Part shown: positions 1 to 9,083 of the stretch, one piece after another | Position numbering within the stretch: position 1 is the first letter of the stretch | How the letters are laid out: every line of letters begins with the position of its first letter | Source of the DNA: Candidatus Berkelbacteria bacterium | Lineage (GTDB): Bacteria; Patescibacteriota; UBA1384; 2-12-FULL-50-11 | Direction: 5' to 3' | Assembly: GCA_016432625.1 (NCBI GenBank) | Contig: CP066697.1 | Coordinates: 671,951 to 735,950 of the forward strand | Length of the DNA: 64,000 nucleotides | Made by a program: the position numbers and the translations under genes | The notes under the pieces: generated by a model | Database searches by the model: none | What the model was told of the DNA's origin: nothing | What the model saw: only the letters and a program-made list of their open reading frames with translations

Positions 1-272
1 ACCGACTAGTAGCTAGCTGCTAATAGCGTGACACTCATTCAGGAAGACCATGGGAAGCTGAACGTACATGAAACATTGGCCAGATCATCAACTGCCGTAG
101 TCGGCGGAATGCCCGCGACACGGTTGCAGAAGGTCCACTTCATTTGGCACAAGCCAGCATCAGCCTAAAATGGTGTAGCTGGCACATTGCTTGCGGCGAA
201 GCCGCACGCCGTCTCGAAAGACGGCCACGACCATTCCCCAAGGGGCTCGTCTACTCAGACGGGCCCCTTCGC

Positions 273-1052
273 TTATACTTTCTGATTACTCTGGCGTTTT
301 TGCGCCGCTTCCCAAGCAAGCTCAAAGACGAGCTTCATGTTGTTGGCTATTTCCGGGCTTTGAACTAGGACACCGAGGTAACTACCTTTTTTAAAACTAT
401 AAAACTTCACTCCCCAGTCTGGATGAATCTGCATTGAGACAGTTATAGGGAACTGATGCCGCGGCAGGAAGACAGCTTCGCGAAGCTCCTTTTCGTTGAC
501 TGAATCAGGCATCGGACCGTTCTTGTGAGTGTAGATAACTCGCGTCTTGACACCCATCTTAACGCGATACTCTACGGCGGTTTTTCGCCGGCTAGGAAAC
601 TCTTCTTCGATGATATCGATCGGAATGATCGCAAGCTGCTCTGTTCGATCCTTCAAACTTTCTTGCCCCAGCTTATCCAGAGTTTCCAGACCTTCAGGCC
701 CCTCAAAGTAGCGCACGATCGGTTTACCTTTCTTGGTGTTATAGACGGCCATGAGTTGACTCATCAGGTCATCAAGCTGTGCTCGGCGACCGTCAATCTC
801 CCGTTTCTGCTCCTCGAGGATATTGCCTAGTTCAGTGGGGCTCTCGGCGATAAATTTAGTCTTTTTGTCATGCTCAATTGAGCTGACCAGCCCCAAACCC
901 ATAAGATGCTCTAAGATGACGTAGGTGGTTGCCCGGTTCACGCCCGATTTCTTGGCGATGTTTTGGACGGTATCCTCACCGAGCTCGAGCGTTGCGAGGT
1001 AGACCTTGGCCTCTTTCTCGCTAAGGCCGAGTTTGATTAACGCCTGTTCCAT
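273..1052 (-). CDS. TrmB-family transcriptional regulator (N-terminal winged-HTH)
   Basis: 259-aa ORF with N-terminus 'LSEKEAKVYLATLELGEDTVQNIAKKSGVNRATTYVILEHL', typical of the TrmB HTH domain. Stop TAA at 273-275. It lies directly downstream of the pilus operon. Confidence 0.65.
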   Translation of the reverse strand: MEQALIKLGLSEKEAKVYLATLELGEDTVQNIAKKSGVNRATTYVILEHLMGLGLVSSIEHDKKTKFIAESPTELGNILEEQKREIDGRRAQLDDLMSQLMAVYNTKKGKPIVRYFEGPEGLETLDKLGQESLKDRTEQLAIIPIDIIEEEFPSRRKTAVEYRVKMGVKTRVIYTHKNGPMPDSVNEKELREAVFLPRHQFPITVSMQIHPDWGVKFYSFKKGSYLGVLVQSPEIANNMKLVFELAWEAAQKRQSNQKV

Positions 1053-1107
1053 TACGAGCAGTTTACTGCGAAACGCCCGACTAAAAAAGAGTGCTCATCG
1101 AGCTTCG

Positions 1108-4100
1108 TTACGGCACAATCTCGTAGACCACCGGGTCGCGGCCGAATTGCTTAACGACTTGATAGCCACGCTTAGCGCCGCCGTGATAACCAACTACCTT
1201 GTATGTGTCGGTGGAGGAAAGTGTCAAAGTCGAGTTGAACATGAAAACCAAATCTTCAGGGTCAGGAAGCCAGCTAAGATAGCGAGTAGCGTTTGACTTG
1301 CACTCGAAATCGTCATTACCTTCGCCTGTGTCGTTATAGTAATACTCGGAGCAATAGCTGTACCAGCGTCCACTAGCATCGTTTGAACCTCCTCGTCCTG
1401 CAGCAATAGCTGTGCCGATACCTGCTCCCGTCACAAGGATCGCCCCACCCTGGTTCGCGCCGGAGAAGGTGGTGAAGCCGGCAATCATCATAGTTTTATC
1501 TGAAGTGTAGTTCGTGGTTGTTTTCCCGTAAGGCGCGCCGGCACAACCGTTGCCGGTGTCGCATAAGTACGGATAGTAACCGTCCTGGTCCGAGCGGCCG
1601 TTAGTGGTTGAAGCGGAGTAAGACGAAGCGCCCATAATCATTCGAGCGTCAGCATTCTGATTACGAAATGCGCTACCCGGGTTAAGGACAGCTTTCGTAG
1701 AGCCCCAAGAATAACCACCATAAGTACCGTTAGTGTCGGAGATTCTTCCTAGCAGTCCGATGTGGCGCAGCAGCGGCGAGCTGTCATTGTCACCGGGCTG
1801 ACAGTCCTGACCGACATAGGAACACACCTTAGTGTTGCCGCTAGTGATACCCCCGGGAATCAGTTTGAAGGAGTTCTTAGTGTCGCCGACATCGCCAGTT
1901 TGGGTGAAATTATTGAATACTGTGTTAACCATCCCCGCGGCATCTACCGTTGAGTTGTCGGGCAGATAATACGCGTTATCCGGCTTGGAGAACGTCTCCC
2001 ACTGGGGCTCGCCGAGTAATCTGGGGCCGATATACTTACCGTAATCGCTAGTGGAGCCATCGAACTTCAGTTTGCCACCGAAATGCACTGCTTTGACAAG
2101 GTTATCCTTTTCGTACAGAACTAAACTGCCGCCAAACATATTCGGCAGATCCTTGCTACCGTCGGGTGAGGCCTTGCCGATAATCCAGCGTATGTCTTCG
2201 CTGCCGTTCATCTTGCCAGCGTGATCCATCTTCCAAAGGTCGGCGTAGCGGCCGTAGGTGCCTCCGACGGCGAAGATCTGACTCTTGGTACTGCCCTTGT
2301 TGTAGGTGCTACCGAAACCTCCTGCTTGGCGCGGGCTTGGCCGGTCGTTAACTTCCTGAGCGCCGTTATCGGTGTCAGAAATGCGGATCTGCCATAGAGG
2401 GTTATTATCTTTGGCGTTGGCATACCATTCAGGAGCCCCTTGGCCATAACTTGAGAGCTGATACTCAGCCAGGAAAAGGGCGAACGCGTCGTTACCGTTA
2501 TGTGATACAACAGCGTTACTACCGTAAGCAATTGGTGCCGGACTGGCGTACGGCTGATCGTCGGGATAGAGGCGAAATTCGTTGACACCCGCTTCGTAAG
2601 TTTTATTCTTAACCGTCATTGTATACGCCTCGATGCGATCGTTGTTACCAATAGTGCGCCAAAACATTACCGCCATTCCTGACGAGGGCAACTTGTTCAC
2701 CTCATCGCTCGACAGGTTGCGGAGCTTTAGGTAACCACCAGATGACCAGCGTATCTTGTCAGTACCCCCGTAGATCGCGTAGTCAGTCCGGTAGTAGCTG
2801 AATATCGACAGTTTGGCGTTTTTGCTATGCGTCTTGAGCCCGGAATCATTTGGATTACCTGGGTTATGCCTCAGGCGGATAATGGTGTTGTCGTAGCTGC
2901 CGGTAAAGGTGCTGACGATAATGCCATGAAATGTTTCGCGGACGTTTGGGTTAGGTCCGTCCGGACCGTTTTCACGCTCAATCGTCACATAGGCGCCAGT
3001 AACCAGGCGGCTCGGCGCGATGCTCTCACCACCGCTAGTCGCGATCGTTAGGTCCCAACACGATTGGTTCATGATACATGGCTGTGTATTGTTCCAACTC
3101 AAAGTTTGCGCTCCGGTCTTGGGATCGGTTGAGGCAACTTTGGCTATTTCGGGAGCGCTGGCGCCGTTCTGGGGCGTAAAGATTTGGGCTTCGAAACTGG
3201 GCTTAATAACCTTGAAGTTGTAGTCGTCGTTAGTTGAAGGCGCCGGGTTAGACATCGCTTTAGGCTTGGTTCCCCAAGCAACGCTAGCTTCGCCGCTCGC
3301 AACGCCGTTATTAAACTCCGCCTCCCACATCTCGTTGAAACGAATATTGGTGGCAATATTTTTGGAGTATCCCTGGAAGAGATAGTTAACTTGTTTGTTA
3401 GCCTGAGGGTCGCCAGGCTTAATGTTGATCGCAGCGCCGTAACGACCGACCGGAAAAGCCATCGCCGAATCGCCGGCAAACTTTGACGCCGCATCCGTAT
3501 TGTCGCGAAAGTCTTTCAGTTCGGCTCGGCGTTCATCAAAAGCAAAGTATAGCGTGCCATCTGTCTTTATATGGCTAATGTAGCCGCTTAACACCTGGTC
3601 AATCTTACCTGCCTGGTACTTCTCTAGAACCACTTGATCCCCAACCGCGTAACCGGTGCCATCTCCACTAAGATCACAGGTGTAATAACCACCTGCCGTG
3701 CTGCCAGTACAAGTATCAGCGGCGGCTTGTCGAGTTACAACTTGCATAAACAATTCTTGAAGAACGATCGATGCTGCCCCACGGATATTACCGTGCGCCA
3801 CAATAGTCACGGTGTCGTTGGGGTAATTGACGGCCGTCACCCTGGCCCAAGCGTTAAAGTAGGGTGCGCGGCTGAAAATGTATAGCTCGTCGCCAACCGC
3901 AAGCCCAGCAGCGCTGGGTGACATTTTGATAGTTGTAGCATCGGTGCCATTAACGTTTAGGTTGATTGGCACGGTCGCGTCCGCCCGCGGCTGCCATCTC
4001 CAGCGCTCCAGGCCGGAACGGTCCGCTAAAGTTGAAACAACGCGCACTTTATAACTATCGTTATTTTGGATTTTCTTTGTTGCGTCGAAGTTGTAGTTAA

Positions 4101-6201
4101 TCTTCTCCCAGGAATTGCCAGTTAGAGAATAGGCGTAGATGTCGTTTGTGACCCGTTTAGCAACACGCAAGCCAGCTTGGTTAGTGCCCAAACAATACGC
4201 CTGCGAGACCTCGCAATTAATCTGCCCGGGCGGATCGGTAACGGCAACACCTTCGTGATAATAACCGCCAAATAGGACCAGTCGCTTGTTCTGTTCGTCA
4301 TAAACTAACGACGAGCCAGCTTTCCGACCCGGTGGGGTTACCGTGCTTTGACTCGGGTAAATCCATTGGTCAGCCTCCGGATTATAGAGCCAGAGCTCGT
4401 CTGACTCAGAGTTGTAGCCGCCGTCGTAATCATTCATCGAAATTTCGCCGCCGTAATAAGCGATCATCGGCGTGACGCCGCCGTCAGTAGAGTAAGCTAC
4501 CGCTGCTTGGTGGCGAACAGGTTTCGGATAGATTCGAGCCCGGTCAATTGTGAAGCCGTTGATGCTGGTGCCGGCGAAGTTAACACTTTTAACTTGACCC
4601 CAGAAAGGCGTGGCCCCAGTTTTATTTAAGCTGACAACGTCGCCGACCGCCGGGCAAGCCGACAGCGTCGCGCTAATCGTGCAACTAGAGCTACCGTTCA
4701 GGGATAGGTCAATGCCGTCGTTACCGTTATCGTTTATAGTCAAGCCACTCATAGAAATTTTCGTCGAAAACTGGGCGTTATTTCCGGTTAGTACGATCGA
4801 GTCTAGATCCCCCCACGTGATGGCGGAACCGCCGATCTTATTGGGCGTATGATACGAATTCGGGCCGAGCTTGATCTTAACTGTTGTTGTATTGCCGGCA
4901 ACGCTAACTTCTGTCACCGATGCTTCGTAAAGTTTGCCTTGGTCGCTGGAGCGCTGTTCCAGCAGTAACGGCGTCTTCTGGCCACGTTGCAAGACGGTAA
5001 GTGATAGTTTTTTATTGAGACGAATGCCTTCCATCGAGCCGTAGAGAAGGCCTGTTATTGTCGCGCCTGGAGTGAGCTGAACGCCGTTCTGGCTATTGGC
5101 CAGCTTAACGAACGAGAACGGCCGGCTGCCTCGGACAATATCCACGTCCCAGTTATTACTGCCGCTTGAGCCAGTTAGGACCGGTCGATTCTTTTTTACC
5201 CAAGGCTTATTTGGCGTGTCGTTGATGTCGTCCGTCTTGTAGGCGCCCCCTAGGTCCTCTTCCGGCAAATCGTTCCATAACGACGGCTGAAGCCAGCTTA
5301 CTCGGTACTCATTGCTATCGGTGAATAGATCGCCCAAACCGTATTCTTGTAAAACGTTGTCCTTGACTGAGGCGTCTAGCCAAACCTTGAAGTTATTATT
5401 TCTGATCGTTGACTCAAACTGGGTTTTAATATCGTTGGCGCTGATCCGATCTACTCCAGTTGTGGAGCCGCCGCTTGTCACTAACGCCGTATCAACCCAG
5501 CGCGGCAGGTAGGGAATGTACAGGAAATCTAGCCCCTCGTAGTAAGAGCCAGAGCTGTCAGTATTTTTACGCGTCAGAAACTCATCTTCTGGGCCACCCA
5601 TTTTAATTGTCCAGTACCCCCTGTAGCTCTGCTGCTCTGTGGCCGGCGCGTACGGGTTATAGAAATGCCCCATCTTGGTTAGCTCGCTTATCGGCAAAAG
5701 CTTGTCACTTTCGGCACTGATTGAGCCGTTTTCAGGAATGGAGCCGAGCGGCGTATCGTTAATGATATTAGCGTAATAGAAAATCATCGCCGGGTTAGAC
5801 GGGTCGTCATCTTGGAACAAATACTTACCGCCGTTAGTCCACGGCGAGAGTACGGCTACCGATAAGCAGCGTGGTAGGGCGGTTGAGGCCTTCTCGTAGC
5901 TACTAACGATACTGCGCGGACTTGGTTTGTATTTCGTTAGATCAACCCCGGTACTTTCTTGGTTTTTGTCGAGATCGTAAATCGTCGGGTCAACCGCCGT
6001 CCCTAACTCAAGCTTCTCTTTGAGTTTGGCTAGTCCCGAGTCGGCGGCAAGTTTGGCAACGGCGGAGTTATTAATCTTGTCTGTCGAGCTTAATTGGTCG
6101 AAACGAATTGCCACAGCGCCAAGGGTGGTGGTTGTCAGGACAGCGATAACCATCACGGTTAAAAGCAAAATTGAGCCAGGTTTTAAGGTCGAGTTATTCA
6201 T
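1108..6201 (-). CDS. Giant (1697 aa) pilus-associated surface protein: PilX_N-like N-terminal hydrophobic segment plus Kelch-type beta-propeller repeats (candidate PilX/PilY1-like tip adhesin)
   Basis: Single uninterrupted ORF. N-terminus 'KPGSILLLTVMVIAVLTTTTLGAVAI' resembles the PilX_N domain but lacks the G|FxxxE prepilin cleavage motif. Kelch-like motifs include 'LVYDEQNKRLVLFGGYY' and 'GGTYGRYADLWKMD...SLVLYEKDNLVKAVHFGG'. The start overlaps the upstream pseudopilin stop (TAAgccATG). Confidence 0.6.
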   Translation of the reverse strand: MNNSTLKPGSILLLTVMVIAVLTTTTLGAVAIRFDQLSSTDKINNSAVAKLAADSGLAKLKEKLELGTAVDPTIYDLDKNQESTGVDLTKYKPSPRSIVSSYEKASTALPRCLSVAVLSPWTNGGKYLFQDDDPSNPAMIFYYANIINDTPLGSIPENGSISAESDKLLPISELTKMGHFYNPYAPATEQQSYRGYWTIKMGGPEDEFLTRKNTDSSGSYYEGLDFLYIPYLPRWVDTALVTSGGSTTGVDRISANDIKTQFESTIRNNNFKVWLDASVKDNVLQEYGLGDLFTDSNEYRVSWLQPSLWNDLPEEDLGGAYKTDDINDTPNKPWVKKNRPVLTGSSGSNNWDVDIVRGSRPFSFVKLANSQNGVQLTPGATITGLLYGSMEGIRLNKKLSLTVLQRGQKTPLLLEQRSSDQGKLYEASVTEVSVAGNTTTVKIKLGPNSYHTPNKIGGSAITWGDLDSIVLTGNNAQFSTKISMSGLTINDNGNDGIDLSLNGSSSCTISATLSACPAVGDVVSLNKTGATPFWGQVKSVNFAGTSINGFTIDRARIYPKPVRHQAAVAYSTDGGVTPMIAYYGGEISMNDYDGGYNSESDELWLYNPEADQWIYPSQSTVTPPGRKAGSSLVYDEQNKRLVLFGGYYHEGVAVTDPPGQINCEVSQAYCLGTNQAGLRVAKRVTNDIYAYSLTGNSWEKINYNFDATKKIQNNDSYKVRVVSTLADRSGLERWRWQPRADATVPINLNVNGTDATTIKMSPSAAGLAVGDELYIFSRAPYFNAWARVTAVNYPNDTVTIVAHGNIRGAASIVLQELFMQVVTRQAAADTCTGSTAGGYYTCDLSGDGTGYAVGDQVVLEKYQAGKIDQVLSGYISHIKTDGTLYFAFDERRAELKDFRDNTDAASKFAGDSAMAFPVGRYGAAINIKPGDPQANKQVNYLFQGYSKNIATNIRFNEMWEAEFNNGVASGEASVAWGTKPKAMSNPAPSTNDDYNFKVIKPSFEAQIFTPQNGASAPEIAKVASTDPKTGAQTLSWNNTQPCIMNQSCWDLTIATSGGESIAPSRLVTGAYVTIERENGPDGPNPNVRETFHGIIVSTFTGSYDNTIIRLRHNPGNPNDSGLKTHSKNAKLSIFSYYRTDYAIYGGTDKIRWSSGGYLKLRNLSSDEVNKLPSSGMAVMFWRTIGNNDRIEAYTMTVKNKTYEAGVNEFRLYPDDQPYASPAPIAYGSNAVVSHNGNDAFALFLAEYQLSSYGQGAPEWYANAKDNNPLWQIRISDTDNGAQEVNDRPSPRQAGGFGSTYNKGSTKSQIFAVGGTYGRYADLWKMDHAGKMNGSEDIRWIIGKASPDGSKDLPNMFGGSLVLYEKDNLVKAVHFGGKLKFDGSTSDYGKYIGPRLLGEPQWETFSKPDNAYYLPDNSTVDAAGMVNTVFNNFTQTGDVGDTKNSFKLIPGGITSGNTKVCSYVGQDCQPGDNDSSPLLRHIGLLGRISDTNGTYGGYSWGSTKAVLNPGSAFRNQNADARMIMGASSYSASTTNGRSDQDGYYPYLCDTGNGCAGAPYGKTTTNYTSDKTMMIAGFTTFSGANQGGAILVTGAGIGTAIAAGRGGSNDASGRWYSYCSEYYYNDTGEGNDDFECKSNATRYLSWLPDPEDLVFMFNSTLTLSSTDTYKVVGYHGGAKRGYQVVKQFGRDPVVYEIVP

Positions 6202-6204
6202 GGC

Positions 6205-7245
6205 TTAAGTTGGCCCAGGTGGCCCTGGCGGTGGCGCTTCCTCTCCGCCCTCTTCGCCGCCACCCTCTTCGCCTCCACCACCGCCGCCACCTCCACCGCC
6301 GCCAGCGGCGATCTCAAACGTTAAGTCTTGAACGTCAACCAACTGGGGATTGGTGCTATCGCGCAGAGTGACGGTGATACTTACGGTTCCTGCGACAGTA
6401 GGCGTACCCTGCAATACGTACTTATTGCCCTGCTGTGTAAGAGTGAGGTTGGGGAAAGATCCCAGGTTGCCAGTGTGACTCCAAGAGTAAGGCAGCTTAC
6501 CACCCTCGCCGATAATTTCTTTACTATACGGCTCATCGACAGTGCCGTTTGGCATCGCTGTGGTGGCGATATTAACCGGAATAATCCCCGTACCGATAAG
6601 GCCGATAGGCAGAGCGCTCGTGACTGTCGTCGACGAAGTTTTTGTCTCCTGAGCTCGTCCGCTTTGCTGCAAGGTTAATTCTAAGGTGAAGGAGTAGCGC
6701 AGCTGTTGCTTTGTGGCGCAGTTAGCTGACGGATCGCAATCATATGAGTTAAGTTGAGCTTGAAAATTAGTCACCTTCACCTGCTTACTCGAAAGGCGAT
6801 TTTGGTAAATCGGCATTGTTGCTAGGTCTGGGCATTGCAAGGCTGAATCGACCTTATAAACCCAGTAAGCGATAGTGTCGCCAGTAGTGTCAATGGTGTA
6901 TAGCTCTTGGTTACTAGCGTCAACCGCTGCTTTAGCGCGGCCAACGACTTCACAGGTATTGCGGTTCTGGGCCGTTGAAAAGGCCTCAATACGAACACCA
7001 GCAAAAGCATCGGGATTTGTGTAATAGCCTTGCAAATCGACGGCGCCTACAGGTGCATTTGAGGCAATCCGCCGCATGGTGTCCGTGACTGAACGAGCTG
7101 ATTCAGTAATTGAAGAGCGGGCATCGGTCCGAGAGACGAGGCTGTTTGTGCCGACTGTGGCAACTAGCGCCACAGTGACGGCGACCATAAAAAGCCCGAT
7201 GCTGACAACGATCTCGATTAACGTAAAACTTGGCTTAATTTTCAT
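6205..7245 (-). CDS. Prepilin-type (class III signal) pseudopilin with C-terminal Ig-like (He_PIG-type) domain and Gly/Glu/Pro-rich tail
   Basis: N-terminus 'MKIKPS|FTLIEIVVSIGLFMVAV' has E at +5. Internal 'LPNGTVDEPYSKEIIGEGGKLPYSWSHTGNLG...LQGTPTVAGTVSITVTLRDS' matches the putative-Ig-domain pattern. C-terminus is 'GGGGGGGGGGGEEGGGEEGGEEAPPPGPPGPT'. A GGAG RBS sits 7 nt upstream. Confidence 0.7.
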   Translation of the reverse strand: MKIKPSFTLIEIVVSIGLFMVAVTVALVATVGTNSLVSRTDARSSITESARSVTDTMRRIASNAPVGAVDLQGYYTNPDAFAGVRIEAFSTAQNRNTCEVVGRAKAAVDASNQELYTIDTTGDTIAYWVYKVDSALQCPDLATMPIYQNRLSSKQVKVTNFQAQLNSYDCDPSANCATKQQLRYSFTLELTLQQSGRAQETKTSSTTVTSALPIGLIGTGIIPVNIATTAMPNGTVDEPYSKEIIGEGGKLPYSWSHTGNLGSFPNLTLTQQGNKYVLQGTPTVAGTVSITVTLRDSTNPQLVDVQDLTFEIAAGGGGGGGGGGGEEGGGEEGGEEAPPPGPPGPT

Positions 7246-7248
7246 GGC

Positions 7249-7713
7249 TTACTCCAATAATTGGCTAGAGACAACGCTCCTGTTAGCGCCTTTACCCCAA
7301 GTCGTTTTAGCAACCACAAGATAGTTATTACCGGTATTAATCACATTAATTTCCGGCACAAATTGTAACCGACTACGACCTAGCTGCACGGGTTTAGGAT
7401 CGGCGTTCAAGGTGCAGTTTTGGGCTAAGTTATCTTGTGAACAGGCCACGTAGCAAGTCTCCCCAAGCACGCAGGAGCTTTCATACGTTTGCTTGAAGGT
7501 GTCGCCCAGGCTCTCGCGGAGAATTGTTACATACGATAGGCTCTGCTCGTTCAAGGCATACGCCGCGCCTTTAGTTTCGGCGGTAGTTACTAGACGGGAA
7601 GCGGCTGAGTTTAGCGACGACATCGCCACTCCAACCATAATCAAAAAGCTGACCGCGAAGACAACTTCAATCAGGCTGAAAGCCTTTTTACGCCTAGCTA
7701 GATCGTGGTGCAT
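7249..7713 (-). CDS. Prepilin-type N-terminal cleavage/methylation domain protein (pilin/pseudopilin, 154 aa)
   Basis: Leader 'MHHDLARRKKA|FSLIEVVFAVSFLIMVGVAM' has E at +5. A GAGGGG RBS sits 6 nt upstream. Its size is consistent with a major-pilin-like subunit. Confidence 0.75.
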   Translation of the reverse strand: MHHDLARRKKAFSLIEVVFAVSFLIMVGVAMSSLNSAASRLVTTAETKGAAYALNEQSLSYVTILRESLGDTFKQTYESSCVLGETCYVACSQDNLAQNCTLNADPKPVQLGRSRLQFVPEINVINTGNNYLVVAKTTWGKGANRSVVSSQLLE

Positions 7714-9083
7714 TCTTGCCCCTCAGTAGGTATCGCTAAGCGCCACCGTTGATAAATATTTCTAATTCCCCTCAGGTCAGCAACTCGACCAAAACGATTT
7801 CGGTTATAAGCCTGCTGTTGCGCACAGTTGTAGAGGATCACCCCTGGATCGGTCGGATCATCAAGATCAACGACATCGTCTTCGTCCTTGACGCTTCCTT
7901 GGCCACAGTCAATTGTGAAAGTCTTCTGTCGCTGACGTTCGACATCAAACGCTGCTTGATACGGGTCCTGAAGATTGCCGGCTTCATCCGAGGCGGCCAC
8001 ATTGACTACCACCTGGAACTGCTGATGCGACACCGATATCAAAGTCGTCTCGAAGGTGTACTGAACCCTTTCAAAGCCAGGACGGATATCGTAAAAGTAG
8101 CGGATCGCCAGCGGCCTAAACAGCGGCTGGCCGTTAGCCATCTCGCCGTTAACTTGCCAGCTTATGTCGTAGTAGACTGCTAGGTTCGGATCCGGGTCAT
8201 TTGGGTCAGTGACCCGATCCTCAGCCCGGGGGTAGCTTAGCGTGACGACGCTGGGGCCGCCGTTACCGCAACGCAAGTTCAATATGAAGTCAGCTTGATC
8301 GATGCCTACGTCACTCCACTTCGGCTTCAGACTGTCGGAAAACGCGGTAAAGAAGTCCTGAGGATTAACTTTGGCGACAGTTATCTCGCTGGTTTGCCGA
8401 TCGATAACGACGTAGCGTTTTTCGGTTAACTTTTGGGCACTAACAGTTATTACTAGGTAACGTGCTCGTGCCTCGCCAGCAGATTTGGACAATTTGCCTA
8501 TCCAGGAGGCGTTATTGAAGTCGGTCGAGTCGATATTGGGGTTTGAGGCGTTACCGCAGTTGAAGCCGATCTTGCCAACCGTGAAACGCACCACCGCCTT
8601 GACGTCACCTGCTGCGTAGTTGGCAGGGAAAAACGAGGAGATGTAAATATTACGCGGCAGTTTGAGTTCGCGAAGACGGGCGAAGCCGCTTTGAGTATCG
8701 CTAGGATCGCAGCGCGCCGCCCCACGCTCTAGGTAAAGCTGATTGGTGCTTGCTGACCCAGTGAAGGTGTAGTTAGCGGCTTGACCGGATTTAAAGTCCC
8801 CGATTGAAACTTGGTAAACTTGCCCGAGAGCCCCTGTATCCTTGCCCGTAGGCGCTAAGGATCTTGTCTTGGCATCGATTAAGAGCTGCCGGACTCGATT
8901 GGCGCTAGTGTCCAGACTCAGCCTGTCGTTACGGCCGAAGATATTCGGCAAGCTTGCCAGGCTAATCAGGGTGATTACGGCCAGTACAACTAAAAGCTCG
9001 ATAAGGCTGTAGCCTTTTTGCGGGGCTGGGGAGCGGCTGATGGGTTTACCAACTCTGGATATCATCGAGCTTGGCATCGACAT
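7698..9083 (-). CDS. Large prepilin-type pseudopilin (minor pilin, about 460 aa)
   Basis: Contains 'QKG|YSLIELLVVLAVITLISLASL' with E at +5. The ORF is open to 9146, but internal Met codons at 9083, 9077 and 9065 are the plausible starts. It overlaps the upstream pilin gene end, so the start is uncertain. Confidence 0.6.
   Translation of the reverse strand: MSMPSSMISRVGKPISRSPAPQKGYSLIELLVVLAVITLISLASLPNIFGRNDRLSLDTSANRVRQLLIDAKTRSLAPTGKDTGALGQVYQVSIGDFKSGQAANYTFTGSASTNQLYLERGAARCDPSDTQSGFARLRELKLPRNIYISSFFPANYAAGDVKAVVRFTVGKIGFNCGNASNPNIDSTDFNNASWIGKLSKSAGEARARYLVITVSAQKLTEKRYVVIDRQTSEITVAKVNPQDFFTAFSDSLKPKWSDVGIDQADFILNLRCGNGGPSVVTLSYPRAEDRVTDPNDPDPNLAVYYDISWQVNGEMANGQPLFRPLAIRYFYDIRPGFERVQYTFETTLISVSHQQFQVVVNVAASDEAGNLQDPYQAAFDVERQRQKTFTIDCGQGSVKDEDDVVDLDDPTDPGVILYNCAQQQAYNRNRFGRVADLRGIRNIYQRWRLAIPTEGQECTTI

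Noticed and set aside
209-268. Two hairpins (gccgtct-cgaaa-gacggc, aggggctcgtc-tactca-gacgggcccct) downstream of the TrmB gene as a terminator
   Set aside because: Neither is followed by a U-tract on the minus strand. They may be Rho-dependent or structural elements, and the evidence for an intrinsic terminator is too weak to call.
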